Shown one piece after another: positions 1 to 9,416 of a stretch of DNA of 64,000 bases (its first letter is position 1; every line of letters starts with the position of its first letter). Made by a program: the position numbers and the translations under genes. Location: positions 1 through 64,000 of the forward strand of contig CAWFQK010000004.1 in NCBI GenBank assembly GCA_963817955.1, read 5' to 3'. A model generated the notes under the pieces. It had not been told where the DNA came from and did not search any database. It worked only from the letters and a program-made list of their open reading frames with translations. Source of the DNA: an uncultured Gemmatimonadaceae bacterium. Its GTDB lineage: Bacteria; Gemmatimonadota; Gemmatimonadetes; Gemmatimonadales; Gemmatimonadaceae.

Positions 1-1
1 T

Positions 2-1042
2 CTGGTCAGCACCCTGGGTATGGGTTCGCTGATGGTTGCCCCGGCCGTATTTGCATTCGGCCTCGTCGCGTTCGGATTCCTGGGCATGGGACCGGTGACC
101 ATCGCCGTTGACTCCTATGGTCCGGTCACGGACAACGCGCAGTCAGTGTTCGAGCTGTCGACCATCGAAACGATTCCGGGTGCGGCCGCCGAGATCAAGC
201 AGTCGCATGGATTCACGGTGAATTTCGAGAAGGCCAAGCATTTCCTCGAGGAGAACGACGGCGCCGGCAATACGTTCAAGGCGACGGCGAAGCCGGTACT
301 CATCGGCACGGCCGTCGTCGGCGCGACGACCATGATCTTCTCAATCATCGTCGGGCTGACGAATGGTCTCACGACGAACCTCGAGAACCTGTCGATTCTG
401 CACGCGCCCTTCCTGCTCGGCTTGTTGACGGGCGGCGCCATCATCTACTGGTTTACTGGCGCATCCATCCAGGCCGTGACGACCGGCGCCTACCGCGCGG
501 TGGAGTTCATCAAGGCGAACATGAACCTCGAGAGCACCGAGGCTGCGTCGATCGAGGACAGTAAGAAGGTCGTGGAGATCTGCACGAAGTACGCGCAGAA
601 AGGCATGCTCAACATCTTCTTCACGGTTTTCTTCGCGACGCTTGCCTTTGCGTTCGTGGAACCGTTCTTCTTCATCGGCTACCTGATCTCGATCGCGCTC
701 TTTGGCTTGTATCAGGCCATCTTCATGGCAAACGCTGGTGGTGCCTGGGACAACGCGAAGAAGATCGTCGAGGTGGAGCTGAAGCAGAAAGGCACGCCGC
801 TGCATGCGGCGACGGTCGTGGGCGATACGGTCGGCGATCCGTTCAAGGATACGTCGTCGGTGGCCCTCAACCCGATCATCAAGTTCACGACGCTGTTCGG
901 CCTCCTGGCGGTGGAACTTGCCGTCTCACTCACCGATCAGCGCGGCCCGGGGCTTGGCCATCTCCTTGCGGCCGCGTTCCTGCTCGCCTCGCTCGCCTTC
1001 GTGTATCGGTCCTTCTACGGCATGCGGATCGAATCGCAATAG
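2..1042 (+). CDS. hppA: Membrane-bound H+/Na+-translocating pyrophosphatase, C-terminal part (5' truncated by window)
   Basis: Motifs DSYGPVTDNA, GNTFKAT, GGAWDNAKK, GDTVGDPFKDT; multiple TM helices. Confidence 0.95.
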   Translation: MVSTLGMGSLMVAPAVFAFGLVAFGFLGMGPVTIAVDSYGPVTDNAQSVFELSTIETIPGAAAEIKQSHGFTVNFEKAKHFLEENDGAGNTFKATAKPVLIGTAVVGATTMIFSIIVGLTNGLTTNLENLSILHAPFLLGLLTGGAIIYWFTGASIQAVTTGAYRAVEFIKANMNLESTEAASIEDSKKVVEICTKYAQKGMLNIFFTVFFATLAFAFVEPFFFIGYLISIALFGLYQAIFMANAGGAWDNAKKIVEVELKQKGTPLHAATVVGDTVGDPFKDTSSVALNPIIKFTTLFGLLAVELAVSLTDQRGPGLGHLLAAAFLLASLAFVYRSFYGMRIESQ

Positions 1043-1073
1043 CGGCAGCAGCGGGTGAAGCGCACGCTTCGCT

Positions 1074-1119
1074 GAACGGTGGAGCGGAACTGCGGTAACG
1101 CAGCAACGCTCCACCGTTC
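1074..1119. repeat. Intergenic stem-loop (terminator/REP-like/stabiliser)
   Basis: GAACGGTGGAGCG(1074-1086)/CGCTCCACCGTTC(1107-1119) perfect 13-bp stem with inner CTGCG-GTAA-CGCAG. Confidence 0.6.
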
Positions 1120-1148
1120 GACGTTTCTCCACCACTCCATCACCACCC

Positions 1149-2657
1149 ATGTCTTCCTATTTCAGCCGCAAACCGATTGCCGATCTCGTTGCCGAGAGCG
1201 AGAATCCCCACGCGTTGAAACGCGCGCTGGGAGCCGGCGATCTGATCATGCTCGCGATCGGCGCGGTGATCGGCGCCGGCATCTTCGGCGCGATCGGATC
1301 GGCTGCCGCCGGCCAGTTCGGTCCGAATGGCGAGGTGATTCGCGTGGGCGCGGGTCCGGCACTCGTGATCTCCTTTCTCCTGCTCGGCGCTGCGTGCGCG
1401 TTGGCTGGCCTGTGTTACGCGGAGCTCGCGGCGATGATTCCGCAGGCCGGCAGCGCATACGCGTACTCATATGCGACGCTCGGTGAGCTGGTGGCCTGGA
1501 TCATTGGCTGGGATCTCATCCTCGAGTACGCCGTCGGGAATGTGGCGGTGGCCATCTCATGGGGCGACTATTTCAAGTCGCTCGTTGGCGACTGGATCCC
1601 CATGCCCGATTGGATCACGACCGGGTATCGCACGGCGTTGCTCAGCTCCGACCCCAAGATCCACGGCCTGATCAACAGCGCGCCGCATGTCATGGGCATT
1701 CCGATCCTCGTGAATGTGCCGGCCTTCGCCATCGTGGCGTTCATCACGTGGCTGCTGCTGCGCGGTGTCCGTGAGAGCGCCCGGGCCAACAACATCATGG
1801 TGGCGGTGAAGCTGATCGTGCTCACGCTGTTCATCGTCATGGGAGCGCAGCACATCAACAGCGCGAACTACCATCCGTTCGCGCCCAACGGTTTTCGCGG
1901 CATCCACCAGGGCGCCGCGATCGTCTTCTTCGCCTACATTGGATTCGACGCCATCTCCACCGCGGCGGAGGAGACGAAGAATCCACAGCGCAATCTGCCG
2001 ATCGGCATCCTAGGCGGGTTGGCGATCTGCACGGTGATCTACATCGTGATCGGCGCCGTGCTCACGGGCATGGTGCCATCGCAGGACCTCGGCAAAGCCG
2101 CTGATCCGCTTGCATACGCTTTGAAGGCGACCGGCATGACGAGCATCGCGAAAGTCGTCGCGTTTGGTGCCGTGTTCTCCATGGCCGCGGTGCTGCTGGT
2201 GTTTCAGTACGGGCAGCCTCGGATCTTCTTTGCCATGGCGCGCGATGGCCTGCTGCCGAAGTGGGCTGCGCGGGTGAGTCGCAAGTCGCGTGTCCCATAT
2301 GTGACGACGATTCTCACCGGTGCCGTCGTCGCATTGTGGTCGCTCGTCGGTGATGCCGGTGAGACCTACGACCTTACGAACATCGGAACCCTGTTCGCCT
2401 TCGCGCTGGTCTGTATTGGCGTGATCGTGCTCCGTTACACCGATCCCGACCGCCGGCGGCCGTTTCGGGTGCCGTTCGTGCACTTTGTTGGCATCGCTGG
2501 AGCGGCGTTGTGCGTATTTGTCATGCGGGGGTTGCCGGCGCTTGCCTGGGTGCGGTTTGGTTGGTGGCTGGTGATCGGTCTGGTTCTCTACTTTGCGTAT
2601 GGCTACCGCAACTCTACGCTGCGGCGGGGAACCGGCCCCGTCATCGTGGAGTCTTAG
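1149..2657 (+). CDS. APC-family amino acid permease (cationic amino acid transporter-like)
   Basis: GAVIGAGIF, GSAYAYSY, FFAYIGFDAISTAAEE motifs; ~12 TM. Confidence 0.92.
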   Translation: MSSYFSRKPIADLVAESENPHALKRALGAGDLIMLAIGAVIGAGIFGAIGSAAAGQFGPNGEVIRVGAGPALVISFLLLGAACALAGLCYAELAAMIPQAGSAYAYSYATLGELVAWIIGWDLILEYAVGNVAVAISWGDYFKSLVGDWIPMPDWITTGYRTALLSSDPKIHGLINSAPHVMGIPILVNVPAFAIVAFITWLLLRGVRESARANNIMVAVKLIVLTLFIVMGAQHINSANYHPFAPNGFRGIHQGAAIVFFAYIGFDAISTAAEETKNPQRNLPIGILGGLAICTVIYIVIGAVLTGMVPSQDLGKAADPLAYALKATGMTSIAKVVAFGAVFSMAAVLLVFQYGQPRIFFAMARDGLLPKWAARVSRKSRVPYVTTILTGAVVALWSLVGDAGETYDLTNIGTLFAFALVCIGVIVLRYTDPDRRRPFRVPFVHFVGIAGAALCVFVMRGLPALAWVRFGWWLVIGLVLYFAYGYRNSTLRRGTGPVIVES

Positions 2658-2675
2658 TCCTCATCAATCCCACCC

Positions 2676-4076
2676 ATGCAGAATCCTCCCTCCCCGTCCA
2701 TCCATCCCGTTCCGATCGGCTCTGTTGCTGTCGGAAAGGGCGCCCAGCCTCCGAAATCGTTTCTGCGGCGAATCACGTTGTCGCAGTGGATCATCGTCTC
2801 GATGATCGTCGGCATCCTGGTCGGCTGGGCATTCCCGGACTCGGCGCGCGATGCGCACGGCGGCTGGGCAGCCACAGACCTGAATGTCTTGTCGTCGGTC
2901 TTCCTGCGCATGATCAAATCGTTGATCGTGCCCCTGCTGTTTTCCACGCTCGTGGTGGGCATTGCGGGTCACGGCGACGACATGAAACGCGTCGGCCGAT
3001 TGGCTTTCCGGTCAATCTTGTATTTCGAGGTGATCACGAGTTTGGCGCTGGTGGTCGGTCTGCTGGCCGTCAACATCGTCAAGCCCGGGCGGGGAGTGGA
3101 TCTGGGTGCCGCGTCGACAAAGGAAGCCACGGAGCTCGCTTCGACGCATCCGACGTTGACCGGGGTGATCGAGCACACGGTGCCGACGAGCTTCTTTGAC
3201 GCCGGAAGCAAGAATGAAGTGCTGCAGATCGTGTTCTTCGCGATCATCTTTGCCGTTGCTCTGTCGCGGGTGCAAGGGCCGAGCAAGTCGTTCATGCTGA
3301 GTGCGTGTGAGAGTCTGGCGGACGTCATGTTCAAGTTCGTGAATGTCGTGATGGCGTACGCCCCGATCGGTATCGGCGCCGCCATTGCCGTCACGGTATC
3401 GAAGAGCGGTTTGGGGGTGCTGCGCAATCTGGGAATTCTCGTTGGCACGCTGTATGGCTCGCTGATCGTCTTCGTGCTGTTCGTGCTGTTTCCGGTGGCG
3501 CTGCTGTTCAGAGTGCCGGTGAAGCGGTTCGTGCGGGCAGTCCGCGAGCCGTGGCTGATCGCCTTCACCACGGCGTCGTCCGAAGCCGCGTTCCCGCTGG
3601 CCATGGAGCGCATGGAGCAGCTCGGCGTCCCGCGGCGAATCGTCTCGTTCGTGCTGCCGACCGGCTACTCGTTCAATCTCGACGGGAGCACGCTGTATCT
3701 GGCGTTGGCCTCGGTGTTCGCGGCGCAGGCGGCGGGCATCGACATGCCCATATCGACACAGCTCGTCATGATGCTGACGCTCATGTTGACCAGCAAGGGC
3801 GTCGCCGCGGTCCCACGTGCATCATTGGTGATTCTGTCCGGGGCGCTGGCACAGTTCGGGTTGCCACTTCAGGCAGTCGCCGTCATTCTCGGTGTGGACG
3901 CCCTGATGGACATGGCGCGTACGTCGCTCAATGTCGTCGGCAATTGCCTTGCGACAGTGGTGATGGCACGGTGGGAAGGAGAGTTCGATAAACCGACGAA
4001 GTCCACACCATTCGCCGATGCAGTGGTGGGAGAATCGTTGCGTGTTCCACCGGTTCGGACGCCCGATCCGGTCTGA
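2676..4076 (+). CDS. Dicarboxylate/amino acid:cation symporter (DAACS, GltP/DctA-like)
   Basis: AFTTASSEA, LPTGYSFNLDG, SKGVAAVP, DMARTSLNVVGN motifs. Confidence 0.93.
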   Translation: MQNPPSPSIHPVPIGSVAVGKGAQPPKSFLRRITLSQWIIVSMIVGILVGWAFPDSARDAHGGWAATDLNVLSSVFLRMIKSLIVPLLFSTLVVGIAGHGDDMKRVGRLAFRSILYFEVITSLALVVGLLAVNIVKPGRGVDLGAASTKEATELASTHPTLTGVIEHTVPTSFFDAGSKNEVLQIVFFAIIFAVALSRVQGPSKSFMLSACESLADVMFKFVNVVMAYAPIGIGAAIAVTVSKSGLGVLRNLGILVGTLYGSLIVFVLFVLFPVALLFRVPVKRFVRAVREPWLIAFTTASSEAAFPLAMERMEQLGVPRRIVSFVLPTGYSFNLDGSTLYLALASVFAAQAAGIDMPISTQLVMMLTLMLTSKGVAAVPRASLVILSGALAQFGLPLQAVAVILGVDALMDMARTSLNVVGNCLATVVMARWEGEFDKPTKSTPFADAVVGESLRVPPVRTPDPV

Positions 4077-4127
4077 GAAGGCATCGCGCGTCGATGACGC
4101 ACACGTCAAATCCCGAGGGTTGAGCTC

Positions 4128-4619
4128 ATGGCGATTTCGTTCAAGGTCAATGGGACATCCACGACTGTGGATGTCCCGGCGGACATGCCTCTCCTCTGGG
4201 TGTTGCGCGACATACTCGATCTCAAAGGCACGAAGTTCGGCTGCGGCATCGGGCAGTGCGGCGCATGCACGGTGCACGTGAATGGCACACCGACTCGCTC
4301 GTGTACGCGTCGTGCTTCGACCGTAGAAGGGGCGGAGATCACGACGATCGAAGGTCTGTCGCCCGACGGCATGCACGCGCTCCAGCGCGCGTGGGAGGAG
4401 ATCGACGTGCCGCAGTGCGGCTACTGCCATGCCGGCCAGCTCATGGCGGCGGCGGCGCTCCTGATGAGCAATCCGCACCCGAGCGACGCCGAAATCGACA
4501 CCGCGATGAACAGGAATATCTGTCGCTGCGCCACGTATCTCCGCATCCGCCAGGCGATTCATCACGCTGCCGAGCTGCCGAAGACGGCGGGCTCGCGGTC
4601 CGGCGAATCCAACTCGTAG
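4128..4619 (+). CDS. iorA: (2Fe-2S)-binding small subunit, isoquinoline 1-oxidoreductase alpha-like
   Basis: [26 protein letters not shown] motifs. Confidence 0.9.
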   Translation: MAISFKVNGTSTTVDVPADMPLLWVLRDILDLKGTKFGCGIGQCGACTVHVNGTPTRSCTRRASTVEGAEITTIEGLSPDGMHALQRAWEEIDVPQCGYCHAGQLMAAAALLMSNPHPSDAEIDTAMNRNICRCATYLRIRQAIHHAAELPKTAGSRSGESNS

Positions 4620-4627
4620 GCGCCATC

Positions 4628-6871
4628 ATGAAACCCAACAACCAGGTCGATCGGCGCTCTTTTCTCCGGGTCACGGCCATCGCCTCCGGCGGCATCCTCT
4701 TCGCCAGCTACATCCATGCATTCGATACGGCTGAATCGTGGGCCGCGACGCCGGGCGCCGCGGATTTCGCGCCGAATGCGTTCATTCGTATCACACCCGA
4801 CGGCATCGTCACGATCATTGCCAAGAATCCGGAGGTGGGGCAGGGCGTAAAGACCATGCTCCCCATGCTGATTGCTGACGAGCTGGATGTGGAATGGAAG
4901 AACGTGCGTGTCGAGCAGGCACCGCTCGATTCGACCAAGTTCCAGGGACAGTCGGCCGGTGGCAGCATGGCAACGCCGACAAACTGGCTCCCGATGCGTC
5001 GCGTTGGCGCCGCTGCTCGTGCCATGCTCATCACCGCAGCCGCGCAGACGTGGGGCGTACCGGAATCGGAATGCGCGACGTCAGCGGGCTCGGTGCTCCA
5101 CAAACCAAGCCGCCGCTCCATGTCATACGGTCAGCTGGTGGATAAGGCGGCTCGTGTCCCCGCGCCGGCGCTCGACGCGGTGCGGCTCAAAGATCCGAAG
5201 GATTTCAAGATCATCGGTACCCGAGTGCCGAGCGTCGACAATCACGCGATCGTCACCGGTGCGCCGTTGTACGGGATCGACGTCAAGCTGCCGGGTATGC
5301 TCACCGCCGTCTACGCGAAGTGTCCCGTGTTCGGCGGCAAGGTCGTCAGTGCCAATCTGGACGAGATCAAGGCACTACCCGGCGTGCGACACGCCTTCGT
5401 GCTCGATGGCGGCGCGCAACTCAATGGCCTACTCAGCGGCGTGGCGATTGTCGCTGACAATTATTGGCTGGCTCAGAGTGCCCGCCGACAGCTCAAGGTC
5501 ACTTGGGACGAAGGCGCCACCGCTCAGCAGAGCAGCGCCGGCTTCGCCGCAAAGGCCGCGGAACTGTCAGCGCAGCCCCCGCAGCGCACGTTGCGGAAGG
5601 ACGGTGACGTGGATGCTGCGCTGAAGAGTGCCGCCAAGGTGGTAAAGGCGGACTACTACTACCCGTTCATCGCCCACGCATCGCTGGAGCCGCAAAACGC
5701 GACGGCCGCTTACAAAGACGGGAAGTTGGAGATCTGGGCGCCGACGCAGCAGCCGCAGGGTGGGCGCACGCTGGTTGCGAGGACTCTTGGCCTGCCAGAG
5801 ACGGACATCACGGTCCATCTCACGCGGAGTGGCGGCGGCTTTGGCCGGCGCCTCGGCAGCGACTTCATGGTCGAAGCCGCAGCGATTGCCAAGCAAATTC
5901 CCGGTGTGCCGGTGAAGCTGCTCTGGTCCCGCGAGGATGATACCCAGCACGACTTCTACCGTCCGGCAGGGTTCCATTACTTCACCGGCGGCGTGGATGC
6001 CAAGGGAAACCTCGTGGCCTGGCGCGATCACTTCGTATCGTTTGGCGAGGGTGAGAGCTTTGCTCAGAGCGCGCAGATGTCGCCTGCCGAGTTCCCGGCG
6101 CAATTTGTCCCGAACTTTGCATTGGATGTTTCCGTCATGCCATTGGGCGTGCCGACAGGGTTCCTTCGCGCACCCGGAAGCAACGCGCTTGCGTTCGTGA
6201 TCGAGTCGTTCATCGACGAATTGGCTCATGCGGCCGGCAAGGACCCCGTGCAGTTCCGACTGGATCTGCTCTCGCAGCATCAGGCGACCAGCGCCGTTCA
6301 GGCGGGCGCGCCCGGCGGGCCGCCTGGCGGGCCGCAATCCGGAATGGTAGACGCGAACCGCATGCGCGGTGTTCTCGAACTGGTCGCCGAGAAATCCGGA
6401 TGGGGCAAGACAACTTTGCCAAAGGGCACGGGTATGGGCGTCGCGTTCCATTTCAGCCATCGCGGATACTTTGCCGAAGTCGTACAGGCTACCGTCTCGA
6501 AAGCCGGTGCAGTGAAGGTCGACAAGGTGTGGGTGGCCGGCGACGTCGGAAGCCAGATCATCAATCCCAGCAACGCTGAGAATCAGGTTCAGGGAGCGGT
6601 GCTCGATGGCATTGCCGAGGCGCTTGGGCAAGAGATCGTGATCGAGAAGGGACGGGCGGTGCAGGCGAATTTCAATACGTTCCAGCTCCTGCGCTTGCGC
6701 CAGGCGTGTCCCGTCGAAGTGCATTTCAAGGTGACGGAGTTTTCGCCAACCGGACTGGGCGAGCCCGCCTTGCCGCCGGTCGTGCCGGCGCTCTGCAGCG
6801 CGATCTTCATGGCCACGGGAAAACGCGTGCGGTCGCTGCCACTCTCGAAGCAGGATCTGCACTGGGTCTGA
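4628..6871 (+). CDS. iorB: Molybdopterin-binding large subunit, xanthine dehydrogenase family (IorB-like), Tat signal
   Basis: Start at ATG 4628 ([13 protein letters not shown] twin-arginine); GGGFGRR, GLGEP motifs; follows iorA. Confidence 0.88.
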   Translation: MKPNNQVDRRSFLRVTAIASGGILFASYIHAFDTAESWAATPGAADFAPNAFIRITPDGIVTIIAKNPEVGQGVKTMLPMLIADELDVEWKNVRVEQAPLDSTKFQGQSAGGSMATPTNWLPMRRVGAAARAMLITAAAQTWGVPESECATSAGSVLHKPSRRSMSYGQLVDKAARVPAPALDAVRLKDPKDFKIIGTRVPSVDNHAIVTGAPLYGIDVKLPGMLTAVYAKCPVFGGKVVSANLDEIKALPGVRHAFVLDGGAQLNGLLSGVAIVADNYWLAQSARRQLKVTWDEGATAQQSSAGFAAKAAELSAQPPQRTLRKDGDVDAALKSAAKVVKADYYYPFIAHASLEPQNATAAYKDGKLEIWAPTQQPQGGRTLVARTLGLPETDITVHLTRSGGGFGRRLGSDFMVEAAAIAKQIPGVPVKLLWSREDDTQHDFYRPAGFHYFTGGVDAKGNLVAWRDHFVSFGEGESFAQSAQMSPAEFPAQFVPNFALDVSVMPLGVPTGFLRAPGSNALAFVIESFIDELAHAAGKDPVQFRLDLLSQHQATSAVQAGAPGGPPGGPQSGMVDANRMRGVLELVAEKSGWGKTTLPKGTGMGVAFHFSHRGYFAEVVQATVSKAGAVKVDKVWVAGDVGSQIINPSNAENQVQGAVLDGIAEALGQEIVIEKGRAVQANFNTFQLLRLRQACPVEVHFKVTEFSPTGLGEPALPPVVPALCSAIFMATGKRVRSLPLSKQDLHWV

Positions 6872-6892
6872 TCTCCCGGACGCGGTCACCAG

Positions 6893-6933
6893 ACGGAAAG
6901 GGTCCGAGCGATGTTTGCTCGGACCCTTTCCGT
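6893..6933. terminator. Probable bidirectional terminator hairpin between convergent genes
   Basis: Perfect 17-bp IR ACGGAAAGGGTCCGAGC/GCTCGGACCCTTTCCGT, 7-nt loop. Confidence 0.8.
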
Positions 6934-6957
6934 TCCAGTAGCGTTGATGTCAGTATG

Positions 6958-7890
6958 TCAGACCATCGCCTCGCCGACGATCCGGAGGGCAGCCCTCACG
7001 GCGCCCCGTGCCGCGATGACCGGCTCGCTCCGAACCTGTGCGCCGGGAACGGCTGACTTCAGGCGATGTTCCATGCGCTTCCGCAGCGTGGTGCCGCGTG
7101 AGAGCATGCCGCCAGAAAGCGCGACGGAGAGTGCCGCACGCTCGTCGCCGAACAGTTGGCGTGCCAGCGACCGCACGTGCAGCACCAATTCCTCGACAGC
7201 CAGGCTGACGAGCGCGTTTGCGCGAAGATCGCCCGAATCTGCGATACTGAGGACCACCGGTGCCAACGTCGCGAGCTGCGCCGGCGGTGCGTCGGCTGCC
7301 CAGGCGATCAGGTCCGATGTCTCATTGACCTCGGCCGCCGTGAGAATGGCACCAGTGAGTGCCGTCTCGGGTTCGCGTCCGTCCGCCGCCGAAGTCACGA
7401 CCGACAGCGCCTTTCGCCCGATCCAGGCACCGCTTCCTTCATCGCCACAAACCGGCCCCCAGCCGCCACACCGCGACGTCGCGCCGGTCGGGCTCCGGCC
7501 AAAGGCAACCGAGCCCGTTCCGCTGATCACGAGCACGCCGGGACCGTCGCCGAATGCGTCGTCAAGCGCCACGCTGAAATCGGAGTGAATGACGAGCTCC
7601 GAAGCGAGATCTCTGCTGACGAGCGCCTGCCAGAGCGCCTGCCGCTCTGCCTCTCGGCCAGCGCCGGCCACGCCGACGCAGAGGGCTCGGGGTACGACGT
7701 GGGTCATGTCGCATGACGCCAGAGCATCTCGCACGACGTCTGCAATGACGTTCGCCGAATGCTCCGCCTGCCCGGGTCGGACGGCGCTGCCGGGGCCGAT
7801 GGTCTCTGCGATCATCCGACCCTGTTCGTCCGCTACCATGGCGTGCGTTTTCGATCCGCCGCCGTCGATTCCAATTACGATGAACGTCAT
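6958..7890 (-). CDS. BadF/BadG/BcrA/BcrD-family amino-sugar kinase (GlcNAc/MurNAc kinase-like)
   Basis: Start MTFIVIGIDGGGSKT; ISGTGSVAFG, GGWG..GDEGSG motifs; overlaps stop of upstream SSS gene. Confidence 0.88.
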   Translation of the reverse strand: MTFIVIGIDGGGSKTHAMVADEQGRMIAETIGPGSAVRPGQAEHSANVIADVVRDALASCDMTHVVPRALCVGVAGAGREAERQALWQALVSRDLASELVIHSDFSVALDDAFGDGPGVLVISGTGSVAFGRSPTGATSRCGGWGPVCGDEGSGAWIGRKALSVVTSAADGREPETALTGAILTAAEVNETSDLIAWAADAPPAQLATLAPVVLSIADSGDLRANALVSLAVEELVLHVRSLARQLFGDERAALSVALSGGMLSRGTTLRKRMEHRLKSAVPGAQVRSEPVIAARGAVRAALRIVGEAMV

Positions 7891-9416
7891 GTCGTTTTGA
7901 CTTGCGCCGTCGTCGCCGGACTGGCGCCGTGCGTCAGCGACGAAAGAATGCCTACGAAGAGGGTGATAGTCGTGCCGATCAGCACGTACCAGGGATAGGC
8001 AATTGTTGCAACGGGGGCCAAGGTCGGTGCCCAGGCCGGCACGGCGGCGCTGATCTGCTTTGCGAACACGATGACGCTCATGATCGCGATGCCGACGGAC
8101 ATACCCAGAATTGCATCCCGCTGCCGGGCCCTGCGCCAGAAGATAGCGAGGAAGAAGCCGCCGAGCAGTCCGCCATAGGTAAAGGACGCAATGGACAAGG
8201 CGATGACGACGACCGGCGTCTTCTGGTTCTGGGGGAAGAGCAGCGCGCCGCCGGTGAGAACGATGCCCCACATCAGCGCGAACAGCCTGCCAACACGCAA
8301 CGTGTTCGCGTCGCTCGGAGCGCGTTTGGTCAGCGGCAGGTAAATGTCATGTGTCGATGCCGCAGCCAACGAATTGATCGCTCCGGAATGGGTGCTCATC
8401 GTGGCCGCAAGGATGGCGGCGAGCAGCAGACCGACGAGTCCGTGTGGCATTTGGTCGACGATGAACGTCGGAAAGATTGCATCGGGCGTTGGGAACTGCT
8501 GGCCGCCATACAATGCCCACAAACCGATACCGAGGAACAGAAAGAGCGTGAACTGAACGATGACAACCACGCCGCTGCCGATCACCGCCATCTGCGCAGC
8601 CCTGAGCGATCGTGCGGACAACAGTCGTTGCACAATGAGCTGATCGGCGCCGTGCGACGCCATCGACAGAAAAGCGCCGCCGATGATGCCGGCGAACATC
8701 GTGTGCGGGTCCCTGAGCGTAGTCGACCAGTTGATGACGCGCATCTTGCCCGCCGCCGCCGCCGCGGTGGTGATCGCACCCCATCCGCCGCTCACCAGGT
8801 GGCCAGCGAGGATCACCGCCGCCAAGCCACCGATCAGGTACACCGATGCCTGCACGATCTCGGTCCACACCACCGCGCGCATGCCGCCTTTGATGGTGTA
8901 GAGCACGGTCAGCGTTCCAAGCACGAGAACGGCGACGGGCATCACGGCGGCGCGGGGCAGCAGTGGTCCAATGATGAGCGCGATCGGCACCGCGGTGGCA
9001 AACACGCGGACCGAGTCGGCCATGCCACGCGTGGCCATGAATACGATGGACGTAAATCGTCGCGTGGCGAGACCGAACCGCTGTTCGAGCAGCGCGTACG
9101 CCGTGACGAGATTCCCCTCGTAGTAGCGTGGCAGCAGGGTGAACGCGAGCACGATGCGCCCGACGAGGTAGCCCGTCGCAATCTCGAGGAACCCGAGATT
9201 CGTCGTGTAGGCAAGACCCGGGATGCTGATGAACGTCAGCGCGCTCGTCTCGCTGGCGACGATCGAGAACATGACCGCCCACCACGGAATCTCACGATCC
9301 GCGACAAAGTAATCTTTGGAGTCGCGTTGGCGCCGCCCGACGTACACGCCGAGGAGCGTGATGCCGGCCAGATACGCGATGATGACGAGAAAGTCGAGCG
9401 CGTCTAAGCCGCGCAT
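7887..9416 (-). CDS. Sodium:solute symporter (SSS) family, probable amino-sugar transporter
   Basis: SIVASETSALTF, GGMRAVVWT, DQLIVQRLL, AATMST motifs; context. Confidence 0.9.
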   Translation of the reverse strand: MRGLDALDFLVIIAYLAGITLLGVYVGRRQRDSKDYFVADREIPWWAVMFSIVASETSALTFISIPGLAYTTNLGFLEIATGYLVGRIVLAFTLLPRYYEGNLVTAYALLEQRFGLATRRFTSIVFMATRGMADSVRVFATAVPIALIIGPLLPRAAVMPVAVLVLGTLTVLYTIKGGMRAVVWTEIVQASVYLIGGLAAVILAGHLVSGGWGAITTAAAAAGKMRVINWSTTLRDPHTMFAGIIGGAFLSMASHGADQLIVQRLLSARSLRAAQMAVIGSGVVVIVQFTLFLFLGIGLWALYGGQQFPTPDAIFPTFIVDQMPHGLVGLLLAAILAATMSTHSGAINSLAAASTHDIYLPLTKRAPSDANTLRVGRLFALMWGIVLTGGALLFPQNQKTPVVVIALSIASFTYGGLLGGFFLAIFWRRARQRDAILGMSVGIAIMSVIVFAKQISAAVPAWAPTLAPVATIAYPWYVLIGTTITLFVGILSSLTHGASPATTAQVKTT

